Origin: an uncultured virus (IMG/VR IMGVR_UViG_2061766007_000135)
Lineage: Duplodnaviria > Heunggongvirae > Uroviricota > Caudoviricetes
Direction: 5' to 3' (one strand)
IMG/VR virus record: IMGVR_UViG_2061766007_000135
Length of the DNA stretch: 64,000 nucleotides
This document shows positions 19,680 through 28,403 of this stretch, piece after piece (positions within the stretch are counted from its first letter, which is position 1; every line of letters begins with the position of its first letter). A program made the position numbers and the translations under genes. The notes below the pieces were generated by a model. The model saw nothing but the letters and a program-made list of their open reading frames with translations, made no database searches and had not been told where the DNA came from.

Positions 19680-20620
19680 TCCTTCTCACATTAGAAAAGT
19701 AAGGATGGTTCTTGCCTGACTCTCCTAAAAGAGTAGGTACTCAATAGATAGGAGTGAGAAGTTCTGTATGCAACAGTGGGGTTCGATACCCTCTCCGGCT
19801 CTGGATAGGGCTGGAGACTAGAGGGAAGTGGTTGGTCAGAATTGCTCTGACGAGAGCTAGCTCCCATTCAAAGGTAGCTTCTTTGAATGCTCAAATTAAA
19901 GTGTGATGGCATAGGGAAGGCCCTAGTTGGTATCGGAGTCATGACCGAATCCAGAAAAGTAGCTGCCGGCTACTACACACGAACCTTTCAGGTACTAGGA
20001 GGAGCGCCTGGCACATTGCGAACGTTGAAGATCCTCCCCGCGGATTTTTAAATTGATGTAGCTAAGCCGTGAAGAACGGTCATACCTAGTGGGGTTAGGC
20101 CTATTAGGTTATGAAAGAAGGTAGATGGGAAGGAAACTCGCGTCCTTCATCGAAGTAGGTCAGGCCCCCTATGGAGATAAACCAGAGAGCAGAGAGTCGC
20201 TGGGCTACCTTATTGCTGAAAAACGGGATGGTAGGAAACTTTAATGTCCTTGCTGGTTGAGGAGTTATAACCGAAGACCAGAGAAGCAGTTAAGATTAAG
20301 CGCTGCACCCGTCACGATGTGTAGGCACGCAGTTAGTGAGGTCTGCGTTATCAAAACCAAGGCACCTTATCCCGAACCTCCACGTGGTGGTGCTGGAAAC
20401 AGGTTTCAGAGTAAAGCTAAGTCTATGAAATGAACCTGACTAAGAGGGAACCCGTAGGCTGTGAGCAGGGTCAAAGCTCGGACAGTCCGAGTGATTGCCG
20501 TTGAAGCAATTCGGCAAAGGCCGAGTCGATACTAGGCGCTGCAGAGCCTAGACGCCATATCTGATGTACCTAGTGTACAAACAGTTCCCGATAATGATAA
20601 ATATGAATCAGCGAGAAGTC
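19680..20620 (+). ncRNA. candidate large structured ncRNA (GOLLD/ROOL-like size and context)
   Basis: No ORF of 60 aa or more in any frame in the track, raised GC, many hairpins, lies between tRNA genes; boundaries approximate. Confidence 0.65.
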
Positions 20621-20658
20621 AATTTAAGTGGCCCAATGACATAATTATTATTATCTAT

Positions 20659-20733
20659 GCTGCCCTAGTCCAGAGGTTAAGACGCTGGCCTTTCAAGCCA
20701 GATAGAGGGGTTCAATTCCCCTGGGCAGTACCA
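20659..20733 (+). tRNA. tRNA-Glu(UUC)
   Basis: Cloverleaf, CCA. Confidence 0.93.
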
Positions 20734-20954
20734 GCGCTCGTGCGCTTAAGAATGGTAATTCAATACCTCCGTACCATTCAAATCTTAGAGGTATGACAGC
20801 TGGGAGAGACCGCCAGGGTGGTACTAAAGCAGTACCTTAATGAGGCAGAGACACTTGCGCCGCCAATGCATCAATGATGCAAGTGGATACATGACCCACT
20901 ATAAAAAGGTGCCGCGCTGATAGGCCGCAAGTTCGCAATAGTCTATCAATTTAT

Positions 20955-21030
20955 GGGGGTGTAGCTCAGTTGGTAGAGCATCTGCCCTGCAAGCAGAGGG
21001 TAGTGAGTTCGAATCTCATCACTTCCACCA
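20955..21030 (+). tRNA. tRNA-Ala(UGC)
   Basis: G3-U70, C33, CCA. Confidence 0.92.
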
Positions 21031-21178
21031 TTGGCTTTCCACTGGTCTTGTGCCATAAACAAGGTCTTAGTGAGCGATCACTCACTATAATCTCTAATAG
21101 TACGGTGATGGAAATCTTAAATGATGACTGCATTTGACAGCCGTAATGATCCAAGCCGGGGGTGGGCCTGGCAACTAT

Positions 21179-21255
21179 GGCACATTAGTTCAGATGGTTA
21201 GAATGCCAGCTTGTCACGCTGGAGGTCGTGGGTTCGATTCCCACATGTGTCGCCA
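21179..21255 (+). tRNA. tRNA-Asp(GUC)
   Basis: Cloverleaf, CCA. Confidence 0.95.
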
Positions 21256-21352
21256 TATCAAACGCCAGTCAGACAGAAAAGATTCTGGCGGTCGGTATAG
21301 AGACCTAAAACCTATACCATAGGCGAGCGGAGCGCCTAACCTCCGCTTATAT

Positions 21353-21428
21353 GGCCCTAGAGCTCGGGTGGTAGAGCAGCTGACTGTTAATCAGAAGGTC
21401 GTAGGTTCGAACCCTACTGGGGCCGCCA
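21353..21428 (+). tRNA. tRNA-Asn(GUU)
   Basis: Cloverleaf, CCA. Confidence 0.93.
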
Positions 21429-21579
21429 TTGTCGCTCCTTTAGCGCAGTTCAGAGCGACTCATAAATAGTTAACTGGCACCGCTACTACGGATTTAGCAC
21501 TTAAACTACCACCGGCATCTTTAGATGATATGTGGCTTAGTGAAAGGCGGTATATAAGAAGCAAAGTAAAGTGCGTTAT

Positions 21580-21655
21580 GGGTCAGTAGCTCAACTGGTA
21601 GAGCACGTGCCTGAAGAGCACGGTGTAGGTAGTTCGACTCTACCCTGACCCACCA
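21580..21655 (+). tRNA. tRNA-Phe(GAA)
   Basis: Cloverleaf, G37, CCA. Confidence 0.93.
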
Positions 21656-21870
21656 TTAAATCAAAATCCATCTGACATGACTGTGGCTACAAGGTGCAGA
21701 AGGATGGCGGTAGTTTGACGCCAAGATTGGTGAAACGATAGCCGGTTTTGGATGAAATAACGCACGGGATGCAAGAGAGTCAAACACTACGAGAATTATA
21801 TTATAGAGATATGTAGCCGCACTCCCTATGGTACGTTACTGCATATTACTTTGGACATAGGGACGATCGT

Positions 21871-21947
21871 CGGAATGTAGCACAGTCGGTTAGTGCAGCG
21901 CTCTGATAAGGCGAAGATCGTTGGTTCGAATCCAACCATTCCGACCA
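21871..21947 (+). tRNA. tRNA-Ile(GAU)
   Basis: Cloverleaf, CCA. Confidence 0.92.
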
Positions 21948-21950
21948 TAT

Positions 21951-22024
21951 GCATCATTAGTGTAATGGTAACATCTCTGCCCTCCAAGCAGATGTTGTGG
22001 GTCCGAGTCCCATATGATGCTCCA
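21951..22024 (+). tRNA. tRNA-Gly(UCC)
   Basis: U73, C33, CCA. Confidence 0.9.
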
Positions 22025-22078
22025 CTACCCCAAGAATAGAGCGGGGTAAATAAAAGGTTAGAAAGAAGAGAAACTAAC

Positions 22079-22396
22079 ATGAAGTATTTTAGTGATGTAA
22101 CCCATAAGATATATGAAACTGTCGAGTAGCTTGAGACTGCTGAGAAGCAGCTAACCGAGCAGAAGAAAGCAAAGGAACTTGCGGAAGCCAAGAAGAAGGA
22201 AGAGCGTGAAGCAAGAGCTAAGGAAGTAGATGCGGCAATTAAAGCAGCTGTTGAAGCGCAGAAAGAAGCAACTGCTAAACTTAATGCTTTCTGTAAGGAT
22301 TATGGTGTTTTTCATACCTCAGTTGAAAATGCTAATGCCCTCTTGGGTAATGTAAATCCTTTCGATAATTTCTTTAGAACCTTTTGGGGTTTCTAA
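22079..22396 (+). CDS. coiled-coil hypothetical protein (one in-frame TAG)
   Basis: MKYFSDVTHKIYETVE[Q]LETAEK...FCKDYGVFH; paralog fragment at 27956-28129. Confidence 0.75.
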
Positions 22397-22425
22397 CCAT
22401 CACGCGGGGTTTGTCCCCGCGATGT

Positions 22426-22499
22426 GCCTCGCTAGTTCAATGGCAGAACAACAGTTTCGTAAACTGTGAATGTAGGTTCGATTCCCACGCAAGGCTCCA
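22426..22499 (+). tRNA. tRNA-Thr(CGU)
   Basis: Cloverleaf, CCA. Confidence 0.88.
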
Positions 22500-22504
22500 G
22501 CCGC

Positions 22505-22581
22505 AGACGTGTCAGCAATGATTTTTTCTTGTGCATTTTAATGAGAGAAGCGGGATCGGCTCCGTGGATATAAACGCGTCT
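22505..22581 (+). ncRNA. stem-CAGCAA RNA copy 1
   Basis: AGACGTGT-CAGCAA...ACGCGTCT. Confidence 0.7.
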
Positions 22582-22614
22582 AGTTTATTTTAAAAATTAG
22601 AATTGGAGTATCGT

Positions 22615-23577
22615 ATGTATAAATTCATTGATCTTTTTGCTGGTATTGGCGGGTTTCGGTTAGCATTTGAAGCTAATACTTGTTAGTGTGTATTCTCAAG
22701 TGAAATTGATAAATTCGCTTAGTAGACTTATGCTGCTAATTTTGGAGACACTCCTGCTGGAGATATAACATAGATTTCTACAGATGATATTCCTGATTTT
22801 GATATTTTAGTAGGCGGTTTCCCTTGTTAGCCATTTTCTTTGGCAGGTATCGGCACTAAAAAGTTTCTTGACCGACCAACAGGTTTTGAAGATAAAACAT
22901 CAGGAACTTTATTTTTTGATATTTGCCGCATACTGCAAGCGAAACAACCTAAAGCCCTCTTATTAGAGAATGTAAAGAATTTAGCTTCACATGATCAAGG
23001 TAAAACTTTCAAAATTATTTTGGAATCACTTTCTGAATTAGGCTATAAAGTTTTTTATCAAGTGATTGATGGAAAATTATATGTGCCGCAACATCGAGAG
23101 CGTATGGTAATAGTAGGATTTAGAAAGGATATAATTGGTGATGAATCATTTGATTTCGCACTTAATCCTCCTGTGGGACGACTTTTGAATGTAGGCGATA
23201 TTCTTGAAAATAACGTGGAAGCTAAATATACCTTAAGTGATACAATGTGGAATTGGATTCAAAACCATACTGCTAAACATTAGGCTCTTGGACACGGTTT
23301 TTCATTTGGATTAATTTCTCCAGAAGGTATCACAAATACTTTAACTGCACGTTATTATAAAGATGGTAAAGAAATATTGGTGCCGCAAGAAGGTATGAAT
23401 CCACGACGTTTAACTCCTCGTGAATGTGCAAGGTTATAGGGATTTCCAGATTCATTTAAGATTGTTTGTTCAAATACTCAAGCTTATAAGCAATTTGGCA
23501 ATTCTGTGGTAGTACCTTTAATGCAAGATGTAGCAAGATTAATTGTTTTAAAGCTAGATGAATTAACTACTATTTGA
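22615..23577 (+). CDS. dcm: DNA (cytosine-5)-methyltransferase, TAG-recoded (7 TAG)
   Basis: [13 protein letters not shown][TAG][22 protein letters not shown][TAG]GFP, QFGNSV. Confidence 0.93.
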
Positions 23578-23615
23578 AAATCATAAAAAAAAATGATATA
23601 ATATATATAGGAAAT

Positions 23616-23708
23616 GGGGAGATACCCAAGTGGTTGAAGGGGGCCGCCTACTAAGCGGTTAGGTGCTAGCGATAGCACGCCTGGGTTCGAATCCCAGTCT
23701 CCCCGCCA
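23616..23708 (+). tRNA. tRNA-Ser(ACU)
   Basis: Long variable arm, G73, loop CT-ACT-AA, CCA. Confidence 0.88.
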
Positions 23709-23776
23709 GTTAATTTGAAAATCTTAAAAAAATTTGATATAATATTCTTACAAGGTTGAGAGAAAGGAAGTGCGAT

Positions 23777-23989
23777 ATGTTCTTTTTCAAAGTTGAGTAT
23801 TGGGATAGTATTGAGAGTGAACCGAAACAGGTCGCTGGTTTGCTAAAGGCCAGATCTTACAAAGAAGCGACTGCGACTCTTGCTGAAGAATATGAAAGCA
23901 TTATTTCCCTGTATCTTGAAGAGTGGGAAAGTGTCCTGACGACTGAAGAAATCCTTGATGGTTTCGCCCGCAACGAACAAGAGACTTAA
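23777..23989 (+). CDS. small acidic hypothetical protein
   Basis: Early promoter and SD. Confidence 0.65.
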   Translation: MFFFKVEYWDSIESEPKQVAGLLKARSYKEATATLAEEYESIISLYLEEWESVLTTEEILDGFARNEQET

Positions 23990-23998
23990 GTCTCATAT

Positions 23999-24085
23999 GC
24001 CCAGGTGATGGAACTGGCAGACGTAGCGGACTTAAAATCCGCTGTCCGAAAGGACGTACGGGTTCAAATCCCGTCCTGGGCACCA
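23999..24085 (+). tRNA. tRNA-Leu(UAA)
   Basis: Class II cloverleaf, CCA. Confidence 0.95.
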
Positions 24086-24176
24086 CCACTCCGCAAGCTA
24101 TTTTCTTACCTTCACCTCCACCTTCTTGTTCATGACAATATACCTCCACCTAGCTTGCGGAGTTTTTTCTTTCTAT

Positions 24177-24261
24177 GGCCGTGTGATGGAATTGGCAGAC
24201 GTGCTTGACTCAAAATCAAGTGTCGCGAGACGTGTGGGTCCGAGTCCCACCATGGCCACCA
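24177..24261 (+). tRNA. tRNA-Leu(CAA)
   Basis: Class II cloverleaf, CCA. Confidence 0.93.
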
Positions 24262-24264
24262 TAT

Positions 24265-24340
24265 GCTCCATTAGCCCAATGGCAGAGGCGATGCGCTTAG
24301 AACGCATAAAGTGTGGGTTCGAATCCCATGTGGAGTACCA
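24265..24340 (+). tRNA. tRNA-Leu(UAG), short variable loop
   Basis: Loop CT-TAG-AA, A73, 5-nt variable loop. Confidence 0.85.
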
Positions 24341-24498
24341 AGGGCACTGCCATCCAGGGAAAAACTCAAGGCGGCGGAGAAGCTGATCCTCCGACAGGTA
24401 GGGACTCTAATTTGTAATACAGTAGCCAGAGATGCTGTATGAGGTTATAGAGGTTAAATGAGGAGCCACTGGGATCTACCTACTAGACAGCTTTTTAT

Positions 24499-24573
24499 GC
24501 CCGGTTAGCTCAACGGATAGAGTACACGGCTACGAACCGTGCGATGTAGGTTCGATTCCTATACCGGGTACCA
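24499..24573 (+). tRNA. tRNA-Arg(ACG)
   Basis: Cloverleaf, CCA. Confidence 0.93.
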
Positions 24574-24645
24574 TCACCTACGCAAGAGCAATGGCTGCAA
24601 TGCAGGAGCCCGTAGGTTTTATAAGGGGCTTATTAAGCCCCACTT

Positions 24646-24731
24646 GGGGAGTTGCTGGAATTGGCAGACAGGCATGCTTGAGGTGCATGTGTCACAATGG
24701 CGTATCGGTTCAAATCCGATACTCCCCACCA
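24646..24731 (+). tRNA. tRNA-Leu(GAG)
   Basis: Class II cloverleaf, CCA. Confidence 0.93.
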
Positions 24732-24736
24732 TTCAA

Positions 24737-24797
24737 GAGATGCGCACAGCAATGATTTTACATTCTTACCATTTATTGAGAACAAGTAAGGCATCTC
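24737..24797 (+). ncRNA. stem-CAGCAA RNA copy 2
   Basis: GAGATGC-GCA-CAGCAA...GCATCTC. Confidence 0.65.
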
Positions 24798-24808
24798 GTA
24801 AATAATAA

Positions 24809-24883
24809 CTCCTGGTAGGCTAACGGATAGACCAAGAGACTTCTAATCTCTATATCGAGGTTCAATTCCTCGTCAGGAGACCA
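24809..24883 (+). tRNA. tRNA-Arg(UCU)
   Basis: Cloverleaf, CCA. Confidence 0.9.
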
Positions 24884-24885
24884 AC

Positions 24886-24994
24886 AGACCGTTTCAGCAA
24901 GTGCCGCAAGGCTTTAGCATTTGTCAAGTGGATAAGACATAACTTTGGAAGAGTTAGAACACGGGTCCGAATCCCGTATGCGATTAAGCGGTCT
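24886..24994 (+). ncRNA. stem-CAGCAA RNA copy 3 with embedded CCA-less tRNA body (GGA loop)
   Basis: AGACCGTT/AGCGGTCT stem; internal D arm, TAACT-TTGGAAG-AGTTA arm, ACGGG-TCCGAAT-CCCGT T arm. Confidence 0.7.
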
Positions 24995-25000
24995 AGATAT

Positions 25001-25075
25001 GTGGTGCGTCGTCCAATGGTAGGACAACAGATTGTGGCTCTGTGAACGTAGGTTCGATTCCTATCGCTCCACCCA
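25001..25075 (+). tRNA. tRNA-His(GUG)
   Basis: G-1/C73, CCA. Confidence 0.9.
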
Positions 25076-25181
25076 ATATTGCCGCCACGGTTAATGGTTC
25101 AAATTCTGCCGGCAAAAGCGTAACAATAGAAGTCCCGCATGGTGAAAGCGTCCCAATAGGATGTTCGGCGGTTAGCTTTAT

Positions 25182-25255
25182 GCGGTTATAGTTTAGGGGT
25201 AAAATTTCTGCTTGCCATGCAGAGGTCACGGGTCCGAATCCCGTTAACCGCTCCA
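25182..25255 (+). tRNA. tRNA-Gly(GCC)
   Basis: Cloverleaf, CCA. Confidence 0.92.
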
Positions 25256-25260
25256 TTTTA

Positions 25261-25375
25261 AAGACCTGTCAGCAATTTTCTTTTGTTTAGTGGAAACCGA
25301 GGTTATCAGTTCGAGTCTGATCGTCCCCACCGTGGGGATGTAGCTCAAGTGGCAGAGCACGTAATAGCGGGTCTT
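25261..25375 (+). ncRNA. stem-CAGCAA RNA copy 4 with circularly permuted tRNA module (YrlA-like)
   Basis: T arm 25305-25321, closed acceptor hairpin CGTCCCCA-CCG-TGGGGATG, D arm TAGCTCAAGTGGCAGAGC, inside AAGACCTGT/GCGGGTCTT stem. Confidence 0.8.
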
Positions 25376-25403
25376 GTATTTATATTTTACAAGGAGAAAA
25401 ATT

Positions 25404-25943
25404 ATGAGCGACGCGAGACTCAAGATCCTCCCGCCTTGGACGATTGTAATACGAAAGTTTGAGGCCCTATTTGATGGCGATCCACTGATTGCTTGTAATT
25501 GCAATTTCAGTGGCGCTGAACCTTCTATCGTGCTTGCTTGTGGCAATGGCGATAAGACTGCTGCTCTCCAGCAGATTCTCCCCGACGAGATTGACTTTGG
25601 TAATGTAAAGCTCAAGGTCATGGTTGATGGCACTCCTAGCAACAAGGCATTTACTAGTAAGGTAGAGCTATTTGAAACTGCCTTTAAGGGCAATCCTGCA
25701 TTTGCATATGCGGTATGTCCTGCTGAAGAAGGCTATATGTGGATTGGCACAACCTATGTGGTATTCAAGAATTGTGTTGTGCAGTTTGCTGCGGACAATT
25801 TGAATGATTGCCACGGTATCATTAGTACTCTCTATCAGGATATTGCTGAGGAACTTCTTAGAGGTCCTGCAACTCAGGGTGTATTTTACAACACTGATGT
25901 TGAGCGTGCTAATCTCGGTAAGCCACTGGGTGAATGGCCGTAA
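25404..25943 (+). CDS. hypothetical phage protein
   Basis: SD AAGGAG, 179 aa. Confidence 0.75.
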   Translation: MSDARLKILPPWTIVIRKFEALFDGDPLIACNCNFSGAEPSIVLACGNGDKTAALQQILPDEIDFGNVKLKVMVDGTPSNKAFTSKVELFETAFKGNPAFAYAVCPAEEGYMWIGTTYVVFKNCVVQFAADNLNDCHGIISTLYQDIAEELLRGPATQGVFYNTDVERANLGKPLGEWP

Positions 25944-26230
25944 TAATTAAAGCGCCGTGATTGTCAGTCCAGTACCAGTCCGGAAGGTGTGGGCGCATTA
26001 CAAATTGAAATCGACGTAAATCTCATCCCTTAATAGAGATAATCGTTGAAACCTGGCTAGGGACTGATTAAGCCAGGTTTTGTTTTATAAATAAGTAGTT
26101 GCGCGAAAGCATCAGCTGGCACGCGCGCACAGGGTCGTACCCGCGAAAGCAAATTTAGATTTACAATTTTTAATTCTAAATAGGGCATATGCAGTAAAAA
26201 AAAATGAATCCCGAAAAGGAGAGAACATCT

Positions 26231-26734
26231 ATGAAGAAGATTTTGGCTATTTTGTTAGCAATTATGTTGGCATTTTGCTTGATCCCTAATGCTACAGCCA
26301 CAGGAGGCTCAGGTTCAGGTACAAGTGGTTTAAGTTCAGGTACAAGCGGCAGTACTCCATCCATTACAGTGCATGATCTCTTGTATTTTACTCCGAACTA
26401 TACTTGGGAAGAAATTGTGCCAACTTGGGAAGAAGTGGAATTTGCTCGCCCAATGTTAAGTTATTTCTTAGGTGAGCCTTATGATATGGTTGAAGCTCTC
26501 AGCTTAAATGTCGAATATAGATATGGTATTGTAAGTTTGAACGCTCCTACTATTTTCCTCTCAGATAATTATCTATTTCTTTTAGTGAATGCCACGAATA
26601 CTTATTATATGACACCAATTTTATTTAACGATAAGGAAACAAAAACTGGTTGTGCATTGTTAGATTTTACCAATGTTGAACCAGGTATTTATAATGCTTA
26701 TTTGTTTAATTCAGATAATACGGTTCCACAGTGA
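26231..26734 (+). CDS. secreted/surface protein with signal peptide and Gly/Ser linker
   Basis: MKKILAILLAIMLAFCLIPNATA-TGGSGSGTSG. Confidence 0.75.
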   Translation: MKKILAILLAIMLAFCLIPNATATGGSGSGTSGLSSGTSGSTPSITVHDLLYFTPNYTWEEIVPTWEEVEFARPMLSYFLGEPYDMVEALSLNVEYRYGIVSLNAPTIFLSDNYLFLLVNATNTYYMTPILFNDKETKTGCALLDFTNVEPGIYNAYLFNSDNTVPQ

Positions 26735-26813
26735 GCCGTATTTTTTTATATCAAAATTAATTAATTGATCTACTTAATTTTTGAAATATATAGATGAAAG
26801 GAGTTGTTTTTTT

Positions 26814-27845
26814 ATGGCACAATTATTATCTATTGCCACATTCGTTAAAGAATTAGAAGCAGCTTTAAATCGTAAAGATGGTTATATTATGGGTTCAAGA
26901 GGACAAAATCCAAGAACAGGTTCCTTAGATTTAAGTGTCACTAAAGAATCATCTTCTTGGAAAACTACTGGTTGGTATTATACTCAGTATAAAGATCGTA
27001 AAGAATATACTGCCGAGCAAGAGCAAAAGGCTTTATATTGGCGTGAACATGCTACAAGAGTATGGGATTGCAATGGAATGGCAGAGGGCATATATGAACT
27101 TCATACTGGTATAAATATCAATGCTCGTGCTCGTAATAATTATAATGAATGGTGTAATCCAAAAGGCACAGGTATAGTCCCTGCATCTATGCGCAAACCT
27201 GGTGTTGCAGTATTTTGGGGTCCAAGCGCTTCTGGTATTACACATGTAGCTTATCTTTGGAAGCCAGTTGTAGAAAATAAACCTGAAGGTGACTGGTATT
27301 TAATTGAAGCATAGGGTGTCTTAAAAGGTGTAGTAAGTTCTAAATTATTGTCACGTAAGCCTGGCTATTGGGGCTATATGACTAAATATTTTGATTATGA
27401 AAATGCTATTCCAGAGCCATATCCAGCAAATTCAATTCATATTGGTATGGAAGGCGCCGAAGTTAAAAAATTACAATAGGACTTAATGGCAGCTGGTGAG
27501 AAATTGCCTAAATATAAAGACGATGGCGATTTTGGACAAGAAACCTTAGCTGCGGTTAAGAGTTTTTAGAAGAAACATTCATTACCAGAAACTGGCATTG
27601 TAGATGATGCTACTAAAGAAATGTTGGCTAAAGTTTTAAACGCAGAAGTAACAAAAATGGTAGAAGTTACTGGTGGTCGCGTGAATGTGCGCAAAGGCCC
27701 ATCTGTTGCATATACTGCAATTGGTGTTGCTAAGCAAGGTGAAAAGTATTCTTATAATAATGAAACATATAATGAATGGTATTGTATTGTTTATAAAGGC
27801 CAAAAGGCTTGGATTTCAGGTAAATACAGTAAACTTTTGACTTAA
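26814..27845 (+). CDS. endolysin: NlpC/P60- or CHAP-like domain + PG-binding domain + SH3b, TAG-recoded (3 TAG)
   Basis: WDCNG...THVA; VKKLQ[TAG]DL..DGDFGQETLAAVKSF[TAG]KKH..TGIVD; VNVRKGPS..WISGKY. Confidence 0.88.
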
Positions 27846-27896
27846 ATAAAAAAATTTGTTATAATATATACACAAGATGAAAAAAGTCTTGTGTTT

Positions 27897-27945
27897 AGCC
27901 CCTTAGTTCAACGGCAGAACACCGGTCTCTAAAACCGTTATATCC
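27897..27945 (+). tRNA. amber suppressor tRNA(CUA), copy 1, cut by N gap
   Basis: AGCCCCTTAGTTCAACGGCAGAACACCGGT-CT-CTA-AA-ACCGT. Confidence 0.75.
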
Positions 27946-27955
27946 NNNNNNNNNN

Positions 27956-28129
27956 GCTCTTGCCGCAGAAGTAGATACTGCTCGTAAAGCATATCTAGAA
28001 GCACAGAAAACCTATCGTGAAAAGCTAGAAGGTTTCTGTAGTAAGTATGGTACCTATCACTATACAGTTGAAAATGGTGAAGAAATTCCTTCTCTCTTTG
28101 ATTTCTTTGGTAATCTTCTAAGATTCTAA
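27956..28129 (+). CDS. 3' part of paralog of 22079-22396 (5' end lost in N gap)
   Basis: AEVDTARKAYLEAQK..KLEGFCSKYGTYH. Confidence 0.65.
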   Translation, partial: ALAAEVDTARKAYLEAQKTYREKLEGFCSKYGTYHYTVENGEEIPSLFDFFGNLLRF

Positions 28130-28169
28130 GAAAGGCTTATGGACTGAGCCTATCAGTCCTTTCTTTTAT

Positions 28170-28263
28170 AGCCCCTTAGTTCAACGGCTAGAACACCGGT
28201 CTCTAAAACCGTTATATCCCTCTGAAGGAGGTAGTCTGGGTTCAAATCCCAGAGGGGCTGCCA
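28170..28263 (+). tRNA. amber suppressor tRNA(CUA), copy 2, long variable region
   Basis: Full cloverleaf, CUA anticodon, A1-U72, G73, CCA. Confidence 0.9.
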
Positions 28264-28269
28264 TAATAA

Positions 28270-28342
28270 AAGACGCTTCTATCAGCAATTAACCTTACAG
28301 GATGGGTTAATATCCTGTGCCATTTAGAATATATGGCGTCTT
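28270..28342 (+). ncRNA. stem-CAGCAA RNA copy 5
   Basis: AAGACGC...CAGCAA...GCGTCTT. Confidence 0.65.
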
Positions 28343-28403
28343 GTTTGATTTTTCTTAAAAAATATGATATTATTTATATATAAGGTTGAGGGAGGAAAGT
28401 CAA

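Noticed and set aside
22615..23577. Methyltransferase, endolysin, ClpP and PhoH as pseudogenes
   Set aside because: All interruptions are TAG, in frame, often at conserved Gln positions, and a CUA tRNA is present
24265..24340. tRNA with TAG in its loop as the amber suppressor
   Set aside because: Anticodon UAG reads CUA (Leu); the suppressor needs anticodon CUA
13842..25256. Many short ORFs in the track overlapping tRNA genes (e.g. 15265-15663, 18887-19225, 24005-24386)
   Set aside because: Incidental translations of RNA genes
28264..28342. HDV-like theta ribozyme after the suppressor tRNA
   Set aside because: The tRNA encodes its own CCA and the downstream sequence is a CAGCAA element with no recognisable HDV nested pseudoknot
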